The position numbers and the translations under genes are program-made. A stretch of 64,000 nucleotides of DNA from Carcharhinus longimanus. Taxonomy: Eukaryota. Shown here piece by piece: positions 47,456 through 58,879 of the stretch. The notes below the pieces were generated by a model. It did no database searches. It was not told where the DNA came from and worked only from the letters and a program-made list of their open reading frames with translations. The stretch covers positions 83,488,017 to 83,552,016 of the forward strand of contig JASCQW010000072.1 of NCBI GenBank assembly GCA_030264375.1, written 5' to 3'. Within the stretch, counting starts at the first letter, position 1. Each line of letters begins with the position of its first letter.

Positions 47456-47924
47456 AGATGTCAAAGCATCACAATGTCCTTGAAATCGATGTACATTTCA
47501 TAAGAATAGTACGATCAGGGGAGCCCTCGATAGTGGACTTCGAATCTCACTTGCAAATGAATGGTGCTGTGGGGAAAAGCAGGTGATGGTTACTGCTAGT
47601 GTCTTGGTGTCACATAGGGTGAAATCAGATAAAATCAGTTAAAGTTTAGCGAAAGAGGAAAGAAGGGAAACCTGGGGTCAGGAGCTGGAACTCTGGAGTT
47701 GAGTACTCTAAGCCAGAAGCACTAGCCATCAGGGTGGCCTAATCTGGATGCAAGGAGAAACAGGACAGTTGAACTTAGGGAAAACTCATCGTACAGCAGA
47801 GATGGCAGGCATTTGCAAAAGACTTAACCCTTACTTCAGGCATTGGGAAGGCTCACCTCATTTGGTCTTATCCAGTGTTAGAATTGGTGTACCTCTGATC
47901 AGACATGATTCCTGTCAGCCATTT

Positions 47925-48860
47925 TAAAAAATTCTTTCATGTGATGTGAGTGCTGCCCGCAATTGTTATCCATTCCTAAACTCCCCTGAACCACATTCTT
48001 GAACTGTTGCAATGCATCTAGTGTAGATACTTCCACGGTTATTCCAAGGAGTTCCAGGATTTTGACTCAGTGATAGTGAAGAAATGCCAACATTGTTCTA
48101 AGTCATGGTGAATGACTTGGAAGGGAACTTGCAGGTAGTAGTTTTCCCATTCACCTGCTGCCTTGTACTTCTAGGTGATGAAGGTCAAAGGTTTTACTGA
48201 TGTTGTCAAAGGTTTTATAGATGTTGTCAAAGGAGTCTTGGCGAATCACTGCAGTCCATCTGGTTGATGGTACACACTGATGCCACTGTGCATGAGTGGC
48301 GGAAGAGAATGCTTAAGACGGTGGATGGGGTGCCAATCATGCTGACTGCATTGTCCGGATAGTGTTGAGCTTCTTGAGTATTGTTGGAGCAGTATTCAGA
48401 ATGATAGAACCCCTAAGGTGCAAAAAGAGGCCATTCGGCCCATCAAACCTTCTCCAACAACAATCCCATCCATGCCCTATCCCCATAACCCCACATATTT
48501 GCCCTCCTAACTTCCGTGACACGAAGGGTCATTTGAGCACAGACAATCAACCTAACACACACGCCTACCAGGCAAATGGACAGTATTCCATCACAGTCCT
48601 AACTTGTGCCTTGTAGATGGTGGGCAGGCACTGGGGAGTCAGGAAATGAGTCACTCTCCTTAAAATTCCCAGTCTCTAACCTGCTTTTATAGCCATTGTA
48701 TTTGCATAGCTGTTCCAGTTCAGTTTCTGGTTAATGATAACCCCAGGATGTTGGGCAGTGGGGGATTTAACAATGTCATTGAATGTCAATGTTCTCTACC
48801 GCTGGAGACAGTAATTGCCTGGCATTTGTGTGGCACGAGTGTTACTTGATACTTGTCTAA
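47925..48860 (-). mobile_element. LINE fragment (39560 family) with nested V-SINE tail A (48400-48560)
   Basis: NTAPTILKKLNT remnant; ttgcctggcatttgtgtggcac is the reverse of the PHKCQA codons. Confidence 0.75.
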
Positions 48861-48934
48861 TTTTGAATCATATCTTATTTTGTCGATATAGGAGGCCATG
48901 TAGCTTCTGAAAATGGTCCAAGTAACAGTATACC

Positions 48935-49330
48935 AATGATCATTGTATCTGCCTTAACAGAACATCAGTAGATCAAAGTACATCCACTTACTGAATATCA
49001 ATGTATTACAGTGGATCGATGAATCAAATTCAGTATATTACAACACGCTGATTATTACAGCCAATGTGTCAGAGCCTGTCCATTAACAGAAGCTCAATGT
49101 ATCTCACTGGCCCCATTAGCAAGCTGCCTCTCTATCTATCCATTAAGAGGAGGTCAGTGTATCACAATGTAACCATTAGCAGGGCAGTCTTAATGTATCA
49201 CATTCTACTCATCAGAATGTCACAACGCGGCCAATAGGCTATTCTCTCGAACAGGGTGCAATGGATCCATCTCTCTGCTGACTGCAGAAAGATGTGTCAT
49301 CTTAACAGGTCACTGATGTCCTTATTAATC
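48935..49330. repeat. Degenerate ~32-bp tandem array
   Basis: Unit starts tca(a/g)tgtat at 48940, 48965, 48998, 49030, 49061, 49094, 49154 and 49190, most followed by ccatta.cag. Confidence 0.6.
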
Positions 49331-49566
49331 GGAAGAATGACATTAATTGAGGTGCTTCCCCAAGGGGGATGTGGAGGAAATTACAGTACATGTCACTGCC
49401 TCATTTCTTCTGTACCTCACAGCAATTTACTCAGGGACGTTAACAAATATAATGTCCAGCTGCCATCTCTGCTTGAGATAGTGTTTCATGGTTAACAAAA
49501 TAATCAATAAGAAAGACTTTGTGAGAAGAAATGTGACAAGTTGCTAAAACTCAACCTGAATTGTAG

Positions 49567-49832
49567 CGGCACAGTGGCAAGCTCTGCTGCCTCACAGTGC
49601 TAGGGATGCCGGGTTTGATTCCCAGCTTGGGTCATTGGCTGTGTGGAGTTTGCACGTTCTGGGTTTCTGCTGGATGCTCCAGTTTTCTCCCACAGTCTGA
49701 AACACGTGCTGGTTAGGTGCATTGGCCATGCTAAATTCTCCCTCAGTGTATCTGAACAAGTGCCGGAGTGTGGTGACTAGGGGATTTTCACAGTAACTTC
49801 AGCCTACTTGTGGACATTAATAGATAAACTTC
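49567..49832 (+). mobile_element. V-SINE, tail B
   Basis: ggcacagtgg...gcctcacagtgctaggg...ggggattttcacagtaacttcagcctacttgtgg. Confidence 0.88.
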
Positions 49833-50541
49833 ACCAAAAAAAATCTGCAACATTCAAGTGGCTTCATAGCATCCAGTACAAAGCATCTTGTTCTATTGAT
49901 GTCCCCATCACTGGACATAACAATATTAACCCCACTGCGGCACAGTATGCAATATACACAGGATGAAGTGGAATAATTCATCGGGATTACTTTAACAACA
50001 TTTCCATCTCCTCTGGCCTCTACTGCCAAAAGGGCCACAACAACGTTTAACTCATTTCCTGATAAAGTGGAATACCTCCACTTTGTCATCCATTGCACAC
50101 ATTATCCTAACTGGAGAATTTATTGTTTTTCATCATTTCTGGGTCAGAAATTTTGAACCTCATACCTAACCTATTGTAGGAGTACTACCTCCAAAATTAC
50201 AATGGAAAAGTTCAAGGAGCCACCACCTCTAGAAATGGGCAATAAACATGACCTTGCCAGCATCATCCACATCCCAAGAACATTTTTTTTTAAGAAAACC
50301 ATGCAGTATTGTGCTAGCACATCGCGCAATCATAGTTATACTCTGAAGCTTAGTTCTAGCTCCCTGCAAGCAGATGGTGCAGTGAGGTGGCACAGAGGAC
50401 CATCATATGCTCACACCATCTTAAACAGCACCAGCTGTTAAGCAGACAGTCAAGCACAGGATACCCAGTCACTTGCTGGCACTCTCACATCTCTGCTTTT
50501 AGTTTTTTTTTTCCCAGTCGTTACTCTGTTCTTTCTAGAGA

Positions 50542-50870
50542 GGGTGGCACAGTGGTTAGCACGGCTGCCTCACAGTGCTAGGGACCCTGGTTCAATTCCG
50601 GCCTCGGGTAACTGCCTATGTGGAGTTAGCACGTTCTCCCCAGTGTCTGCATGTGTTTCCTCCAGGTGCTCTGGTTTCTTCCCGCAGTTCAAAGATGTGC
50701 AGGTTAGGTGGATTGGCCCTGCAAAATTGCCCTTTAGTGTTAGGAGATTAGCAAGGTAAATACATGGGGTTACGGGGATAGGGCCTGGGTGGGACTATTG
50801 TCAGTGCAGACACAATCAGTCGAATGGTCTCCATTCGACTCTAGGACTCCTGCACTCTAGGGATTCTATA
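50542..50870 (+). mobile_element. HE1-like V-SINE, tail A
   Basis: ggtggcacagtggttagcacggctgcc...gggcctgggtggg...gcactctagggattctat. Confidence 0.9.
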
Positions 50871-51874
50871 ATTAAGTTGCCTTTAGTGATTTTTTAAAAA
50901 AGGTTTACAGGATTTTTGTCCTTTTATGGCAGAGCTTTAGTGTATTACATTTCCTTTAAATTTCATTTAAAGCACTATTTTCCAGTTCTCCCATGTTTAT
51001 GCTCCCCATGTTAATCCTAATTGGTTTTTACCACTATGCTTACAAGATGCCCAAAGATCACAAGGTACAAATAGAGATTTCTATTTGAGTTGAATATTTA
51101 TCAAATTATTTGAATCCAAGCTAGAGCAATAATGAAACATCTAGGCCTAATACTCCACCTACTTTTCTTCATTTCTTGTTCTTACAGACTTACTGTGGAT
51201 TTACTCTCCTCCAACCACTCCTCTTTGAGTGAAGATTTTATGGTCTTTGCTGATTGCCTCCAGACAGTGATATAATGAATTCCACGGCTTCTTGCTTTGT
51301 ATCAACATTCTGATCATGCATTAAAGTCCCATGTGAAATTTTCCTGAAATTATTTCTGAACTTCCTCTTTTCCCTTCCTCTAACGTCATTGATTCACTCA
51401 AATTTCCATTCTTCATACACATATACTGGATACAAGTCCACAGATTCTTTCTTAAATAACATTGTGTGAAATGTGTAACATGGAAACAAACCACTTGTGA
51501 TTCTGGTCCACACAAGCATCCTTCAAACCTCTTCACCAATCTTATCAACACAATTTTATTTTTCTTCCTCCCTCATGTGTTTGTCTAGCTCCATCTTAAA
51601 TGCACCATTCGTGCACACATGGGTAAACTGATGTTCCTGTCATCTGATACCAATACATGAGCATTTCCAGCAGGGGTCAGTAGATGGATGGCTGAACCTA
51701 CAAGCGGTTTTAGTTTTGCATCTCTTGTCCATAGGGACAAAGGCCAAAACCTGCTGCCCCTGTTTCAGATCAGCCAAATCATCACACACTGCAATTCAAA
51801 ACTAGGAACTTCCAGTATCCAGCCACGGAGTGTATACCCCAAAATTAGGTCAACAGCTCGTTTGTTGATCAAGG

Positions 51875-52560
51875 GAAAACAGGAATTAAGAGCAGAAGTA
51901 GGCAAATTTAGCCCTTCGAGCCTGCTCTGCCATTCAATCAGATCGTGCTGATCTCTCCCTGATCTCAAATCCACCTATTCCCCATATCCCTTTTTTTTAT
52001 TAGGAACATATCTATCTATCTCCTTGAAACCATTCAACGATTCAGACTCCACCACGCTATGGGTCAGCAAGTTCCACAAATTCAGCACCCTCTGTGAGAA
52101 GTAGTTCCTTCTCACCTCAGTTTTAAATCCACTGCTTCTCAACCTATACCTATAACCTCTTGTTCTAGATTGTCTACATTTACTTTATCAATCCCTTTTA
52201 AATTTTATATATCTTGATCAGATCCCCTCTCCTCCTTCTAAACTCCAGCGAGTACAAGCCCGAACTGTTAAATCTGTCCTCATAAATCAACTCTTTAATC
52301 GCTGGAATCAATTAGGTGAACCTCTTCCGAACTGTCTCCAATGCCACCACATCCTTCTTCAAATGAGGCGGCCAAAACTGGACACAATAGTCCAGATGTG
52401 GTCTCACCAACACCCTATACAATTGCAACAACATTCTCTACTTTTATACTCCATTCATTTTACTATAAATGCCAACTTCCCATTTGCCTTTTTTTATTAC
52501 GTGTTGTATCTGCATATTGACTTTCTGCAATTCATGAATAAAGACACTCTCTGCTTGGAT
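51875..52560 (-). mobile_element. CR1-like LINE 3' fragment
   Basis: gcagaagtaggc...cccttcgagcctgctctgccattcaat tail; ccaaaactggacacaatagtccagatgtggtctcacc is the reverse of [12 protein letters not shown]. Confidence 0.88.
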
Positions 52561-53009
52561 GCATTTTGAATCTGAAAGCACAGATAGGAGTCATATGTTG
52601 GTTTGGTGTTTGCAGCTGCACCCTGAAGTCCATCAAGGAATTGTGCCACAGCGGTTTGGGAAATTTCCCAAACTGAATGAGGGAATTTCAACAAAGACAC
52701 TACACGCTGAGATACAATCACAGACATTTATGTCCACTCCATACGATGGGGAAGATGACACCAATACAAGGAGCTATTATTGAACAGGTGGCTGTCAAAC
52801 GAGGAAAGCTAGTTTTATCTGGTTAAAACATCTAAATGAGTTTGTAGAGTAATTATAAAGCAACAAGGAAGTCAACTCATAGTCCTAATTACGTTATTCA
52901 GAAAAGGTAAATGTATTTGAGAACTGCCATGGGCTTCACTTTTCTCAAATTGTCATGAGTGAAACATGAAATAGTTTTATCACTTCTTTTAAATGGGGTG
53001 TAAAATTTT

Positions 53010-53310
53010 GGGCAGCACGCTGGCACACTGGGCCAGGGACCCAGGTTCAATTCCAGCCTTGGTCACAGTCTATGTGCAGTTTACACTCTCCCCCCATTTC
53101 TGCGTGGGTTTCCTCTGGGTGCTCCAGTTTCCTCCCATAGTCCAAAGATGTGCGGGTTAGGTTGATTGCCCATACTAAAACTGACCCTAGTAGCAAAGAG
53201 ATTAGCAGGGTAAAGGTGTGGGATTATGGGAACAGGGCCTAGATGGGATTGTGGTTGGTACAGGCTCGAGGGGCCAAATGGTGGCCTTCTGTACTGTAGG
53301 GATTCTATTC
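53010..53310 (+). mobile_element. HE1-like V-SINE, tail A
   Basis: gggcagcacg...ccagggacccaggttcaattcc...gtactgtagggattctat. Confidence 0.88.
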
Positions 53311-53934
53311 ACATGAATGTGCTAAGTAGTCATGCATTAACATCACACTGAGTTCGCTGTCTAAGCTTTTGCGATTGATTCGTGAATGACAATGATAGAA
53401 TCCTCGGAGCAGGCCAATCCCTCTCATCTGCAGAATGACTTACATCTTTGTGAAAGCAATAAAGGAATTATACACCACCTCCACACCCTGCGGGAATTCA
53501 TGATTCTAACAGCGGCTTTCAATAATTGAAAGTCGATGCATACTTTGAAGTTCCCATGATACTTTTCCACATTAATTCACATGAATGAAAGACTTCTACT
53601 TCAACACAGTGCCAGAAAACTTGGTACTTTGCTCAGCATGTGGAGAATCTAGCCATGAATCCTACCCAGCCATTTAACAAAGCTTTATTCTTTATCTTTA
53701 AATTCGGGGATCAAAAAACAGGGACCAGCTGATACACCAGAGGTAAGGGAATGTTTCCAAGTCACCAAGTACTTGTACACAGACTAGAGATTGGTCACCT
53801 ACTAATAAAGTGGCACACTATACATTTTTTTAAAAATATACCCACCGAAACGAGCCGGACTCAGGGAAATATACAAATTTTTTTTTAAAACATAACTTTG
53901 GGGTGGAACATATTTGCCTCCATTTTCTTAAAAA

Positions 53935-54065
53935 GGAAATTACTGCGGATGCTGGAATCTGAAACAAAAACAGAAAACTCTGGAAAAGTCCCAGCAGGTC
54001 TGACAGCATCTGCGGAGAGAGAATAGAGCCAAAGTTTTGAGTCTGGATGACCCTTCATCGGAGCA
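53935..54065 (-). mobile_element. Penelope-like terminal repeat remnant with hammerhead-like core
   Basis: Minus strand ccgatga-agggtcatccagactc-aaaac...gcagatgctgtcagacctgctg...ttttctgtttttgtttcagattccagcatccgcag. Confidence 0.65.
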
Positions 54066-54253
54066 GAGGCCTTCATTTCCTTTGGCTGAGGTACATTTCA
54101 GCACCCATTTCTTCCTATACTTCATAGTGTATCCCAACTGGAAACATAAACCATGCTGGACCAATTTCACTTTTACAAGGGGACAACTGATGCAAACAGA
54201 CAAATTGTTTTTACCCAGATAAAAACTGACCAATTTTGGATTATTAGAGAAAG

Positions 54254-54702
54254 TCATAGAGTCCCTACAATGCAGAAGGAGGCCATTCAGCTCACTGAGT
54301 CTGCACTGACTATAATCCCATCCAGGCCCTATCCCCATAACCCCTTGCATTTACCGTAGCTAATCCCCCTGACACTAAGCGGCAATTTAGCATGGCCAAT
54401 CAACCTAACCCACACATCTTCGGACTGTGGGAGGAAACCAGAGCACCCGGAGGAAACCCACGCNNNNNNNNNNNNNNNNNNNNNNNNNNNNNNNNNNNNN
54501 NNNNNNNNNNNNNNNNNNNNNNNNNNNNNNNNNNNNNNNNNNNNNNNNNNNNNNNNNNNNNNNGAGGAAACCAGAGCACCCGGAGGAAACCCACGCAGAC
54601 ACAGGGAGAATGTGCAAACTCCACACAGACAGTGACCCAAAGCGGGAATCGAACAGGGATCCCTGGTGCTATGAGGCAGCAGTGCTAATCACTGTGCTGC
54701 CC
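54254..54702 (-). mobile_element. HE1-like V-SINE, tail A, split by a 100-N gap
   Basis: catagagtccctacaatgcagaaggaggcc...cactgtgctgcc; identical 33 nt on both sides of the gap. Confidence 0.9.
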
Positions 54703-55043
54703 ATTGCTTATCCTGATAGTGTAGAGAAGTTACAAAATGAGTACAGCTGCAACATTCCTAGTTAGAAATGACACAAAACTCAGAGGTATACTGGCGGCTG
54801 ACAGAAGAAATGTGTTTTTACTGATACTACAATAATTCTCATCTGTTGTCCATGTTTGTACTTCAGACGTGAGTGAACAACAATAAAACAAACCGAGTTC
54901 AACTTAGCAGCTACTCAGTTGGAAAATGGCTGACTTTAAGTTTGGTGAATAAATAGAAAGGGTGCAAACAGAAATGGACAGGTGAAAGGTCATGTTGCTA
55001 TTGAGATGCTGCTCTAAACAATGTTCTTCTTGCAGAAACGTAC

Positions 55044-55186
55044 CTCAGAATTGTCTTGGTTGTCCTATAGCCATGGTATGATGCCATTTTGTCTTGTGTC
55101 GAATCATTATTTTCTTCATCATAAGTGCTGTGCTCAGTCCACTCCATAGTCATGTGGGACAGCTTAACCTCATTTTCTTTTGGTCT
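55044..55186 (-). CDS. LSP1: LSP1 coding exon, 143 nt, phase 0->2
   Basis: ttgcctgtcattcag|AGA...CTG AG|gtacgt; encodes RPKENEVKLSHMTMEWTEHSTYDEENNDSTQDKMASYHGYRTTKTIL(S). It supplies exactly the phase 0->2 bridge needed between the flanking exons and sits where caldesmon has a similar-sized exon (KEEVKSF...). Confidence 0.8.
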
Positions 55187-55619
55187 CTGAATGACAGGCA
55201 ATCAAATAAACAGTCAGTGAATTCAGGTTTGAAGCACAACGTTATCATTTATTTTTGGAAGGGGGTGAATTGTTCATTGAATACAGGGCCATCAGTACTC
55301 GGGGTTTTGGAAGAATTCCATTTATTCACTCCCTAAAATCAGCGTTAAGCAGCACAAAGTTGAATAAGATGTTAGGACATAAATTCATGTCTCAAGTGCG
55401 GCAACTTCTACAGCATCATAATGTGACAGATCACTTTCCACACCAGCCAATTGTCATCATTGGATGCAAATTGTGGACGGCTGTTTAGCCAGAGCAAATT
55501 GGGCTGACTTTTTCAGAACTCCTGTTCACTTTGACCATTAGAGCCAGCAGGGGAACAGATTTTCATGTAAACCTCTTGGGACATTTTTTGTGTCAACTGT
55601 ATTTTTAAATGATTTTTAA

Positions 55620-55880
55620 AATTTGATTTATTGCCACATGTTTAGCGTACAGTGAAAATATTGTTTCTTGCACGCTATACAGACAAAGCATACCATCCAT
55701 AGAGAAGGAAAGGAGGATGCAGAATGTAGTGTTACAGTCATAGCTACAGAAAGATCAACTTAATCCATTCAAAAGTCTGATGGCAGCCGGGAAGAAGCTG
55801 TCCTTGAGTTGATTGGTACGTGACCTCAGACTTTTGTATCTTTTACCTGACAGAAGAAGGTGACAGAGTATGTCCCGGAG
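55620..55880 (-). mobile_element. Rex1/Babar-like LINE 3' fragment
   Basis: HLLLSGKRYKSLRSRTNQLKDSFFPAAIRLLNG plus tail. Confidence 0.85.
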
Positions 55881-56804
55881 GCTGAATTTGATGGAGATCA
55901 TGGGAGTGACAAGACTGTGTGCTGAGTCAACCCATACATCAGAGGTTCTCAAATCTTTCAATTGTGGACCACTTGGACCACCTACTTCTCCTACTCTAGC
56001 CCCTCTCATCTGTTTTTGTGCTGGCAAACATCAGAACTAATGGGAAGAATGGCACTGCCTTTGATGCAACACCAACAAAGTGATATCTGGTTCAAAGTAG
56101 GGAGTTTCAGTCTCATGTCAGGTTCCACGTTGAACTGACTCTTCTTCATTTTCAGCCTCAAAAATGTTCAAGATTGGCTCTAAATTTTATGTTGGATTGT
56201 TACTCACACTTAAAACATCTTGCGCAGGGAGCTAGTTGGGTTGTGTAACATCACAGTGATTGGTATGGCCTCGGCCGTGACATTGTGCATCGGTAACTTG
56301 CATTTTGGACCAATCACCGATCAGTTGAAGGACCCTCGCGGACGTGATCAGCAGATCATAAAGGGGAATTGACGAAGAACCTTGAAGGAAAAATGTTTCG
56401 CACCCTTACAGTATAAGAGCAAGGAAATTCGGAAAGGCTGAGTTGGTCTGAGAGAGAAGGCACAGACACAACCAGGCAAATGGCCTCTTTCTATGCTATA
56501 ACAATTCTATAGTTTTGGGCAAGATTTGATTATGTCTGTTACTCTGTAAAACGACAAAGCTTAAGATTCACATATAGTTGTGCACATGAGGGAACATAGA
56601 GAAAATGCAACGTCCAGTTCAGATCGAAAGGTTGCTTTCTGGATACACCTACAGGAGATGCTACTGTAAAAGTATAATTAAACATTAGGCAGTATGAGTG
56701 CAGTTCCAAATTTCAGACACTCAAATCACTTAGTGAAGTGATCAGCGACACCCAAGAGACTAAGATTGATCAAAAACATGTTAGGATATGTCTTATTCCC
56801 TTAC

Positions 56805-57249
56805 CTTCTCTTTCTCCAATTTTCGTCTCTCTTTTTCTATTTTTTCCTGCTCCCGTTGATCTCTCTCTTCTCTCAGATGCTTTAATCTTTCTCTTTCATC
56901 GAGATCTTTCTGAGCTTTCTCCATCACCTCCAACTCCCTTTGCTTCCTTTCACGAGCTCTCTGCTGACGTTTCTCCTCCTCCTGCTCTCTTTGGAGCATT
57001 CTTCTTTCCTCTTCCTCAATCTGCCACATTTTCAGTTTACCAACACTGAGCCCCTCCTGATCCTCTTGGCCCTTTCTGTCCCTCTGGGTGTAAGTGCAGC
57101 CTGTTTGTGATTCATCCACATGGTCTTCTTCCATCTGCCCCAGCTCCTCCCTACGTTTCTGCCGGCGCTCTTCTCGCCTCTGAGTCCAATCACTGAAGCC
57201 CTCATCCTCATCCAGGGTAGAATTGGCTGACTTGCAGTTGAAGTCGTAC
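56805..57249 (-). CDS. LSP1: LSP1 (caldesmon-like) internal coding exon, 445 nt, phase 2->0
   Basis: Acceptor tctctctcaatgtttacag| and donor AAG|gtaagg. Open frame YDFNCKSANSTLDEDEGFSDWTQRREERRQKRREELGQMEEDH...EKERRKLEKEK. LDEDEGFSDWTQR matches the LSP1 motif LDEDEGFGDWSQR. The 3' half is an E/R/K-rich helical segment. Confidence 0.93.
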
Positions 57250-57669
57250 CTGTAAACATTGAGAGAGAGAGACCTATTACTAAAGATTGCTAATTACTAA
57301 TGCTTGTTGGTTTCAAATTTGTTACTTTGACAACTTATTATCATGACCATATTCAGTCATCATAAAAACATTTCAAAACTGGAATTATTCCATAGCATTC
57401 AAAAAAGTACCCATGTTTCCCTCTTCTCCAAATTCTCCCTTAACTGTTTCTCTCCTGAAGTGATTCATGTCAGATTATAGTCCAATGTGTGTGTCTGAAC
57501 TTCCAGGACATCTAATGCATCGTTCTTTGTGTATGTCTATAGGCCTAGTCAGAACATTTGACCATGCGGGGCAAATTATAGATGAACTTGACCAGCAATG
57601 AGCGAACCTGGAATCTTTCTGGTGTGAAGCCCCCAGTACGAGACTATAGCAGGAAGAACTTCCTGAAAA

Positions 57670-58734
57670 TGTTATAATCTTGTTAGACACCTTAACAAAA
57701 TCCCAGCATTTGCATTTACCAATAGAACTGTGTCACAAGATTTAATTTTCTTCAAAAAAATCTTTACCATATATGAAAGACTTAAAATAAGTGCTTTTAA
57801 ATGAACAATAATGGTTTATAACTACATGTATTGTGCACACAGGTTTACATCTTACTTCCCTCAAGAATTCCCTGATAAGTCCATTAATATAAAAGTGCCT
57901 TGGGGAATTCTCTTCATTTCCAACTTTTCTCTAAGGTAAAACTTTAATTTACCTTGACTGTGGATGCTTCAGTCCCTTAATTTTTCCGGTTACTTCTTTA
58001 ATACTTCAAAGCTAATCAGCTGTTTGCTTTCTTTGGCACAAGACTCAGTGGAGGACTACTGTAGATTCTTCTACTAGTTTCAAACTAGACAATCTTCCAG
58101 CTTTTGTTTCCCACACAACATTCAAACTGAGACTATGCCTCACCTGCATTCAACACAGTCAATTAAGAAGTTTTATTTACTCATCTTGCAGCGTTGGTCT
58201 GTTGGTCATTTACCATTAACCTTGCCTATCTTCTCTCAGTGAGCTGCAAACCACGTGAGGTTCAAACTGCAACCAAAAACTCTTTCCACAAACATTCAGA
58301 TAAAGTGAAACTAGTGAACCTTCCTGAGCTGTACCCGTATCCATGACAACAGCCTAGGCTACCCTCAAACTGACCTGTTAAGTTAATTATTCCTAATTTG
58401 AATTTTTTTTTGATCTGAGACAAGTGGGTTTTTACAAGATTTGCTGAACGCTTTTAAATAATTTAGCTTTTCGATCTCAAAAGAAAAAAAAATCTCCATG
58501 GGCTGAACTTCTTTACCAGCTTTGCAGAGGTCATGTCTCCAGATCACCAGCTAAGTAAGCCCACTTGCTGTTTTGTTTACTAGCTGTTAACCTTGACCTC
58601 AACCAGTTTAAATGTAATAGACTCCAAACGTGCTTTAATTGCATTTATCACATTTTTCTATTATTAAATGTTAATTCCCAAGACTAAAAGTTATATTCCA
58701 AAACACATAAACCGTGAACTAGATAATCACAACA
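57670..58734 (-). mobile_element. Putative solo LTR (~1.06 kb)
   Basis: TGTT...AACA ends flanked by aaaa on both sides; shared motifs with 34972-35886. Boundaries and strand uncertain. Confidence 0.4.
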
Positions 58735-58879
58735 AAAAGGTTCCCAAGTACTTGTTATAACGCAGATAGAATCATGGAAATATGCAAAAGAGGGGGTTTA
58801 TGATGTTTTATTTTCTTTTTGTAGAGGAACCACTAAAACCATTGTGATGAGCAGGGGGACCCCAGCAGAAAACATTCCT

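Noticed and set aside
48935-49330. CRISPR-like repeat-spacer interpretation of the 32-bp array
   Set aside because: Units are degenerate with no identical repeats or unique spacers, there are no cas genes, and the context is vertebrate.
56738-57049. 103-aa Leu/Ser/Phe-rich + strand ORF (likewise 22071-22394)
   Set aside because: Antisense shadow of E/R/K-rich LSP1 exons.
2630-57249. Calling the gene CALD1 (caldesmon)
   Set aside because: The coiled-coil exons are caldesmon-like, but DEDEGFSDW, RTESLNRS, SNSIKKSQP and LxRxAS...SPCK are LSP1-type rather than caldesmon-type (ERAEFLNKS, SGVKSTHQ, GTPNK).
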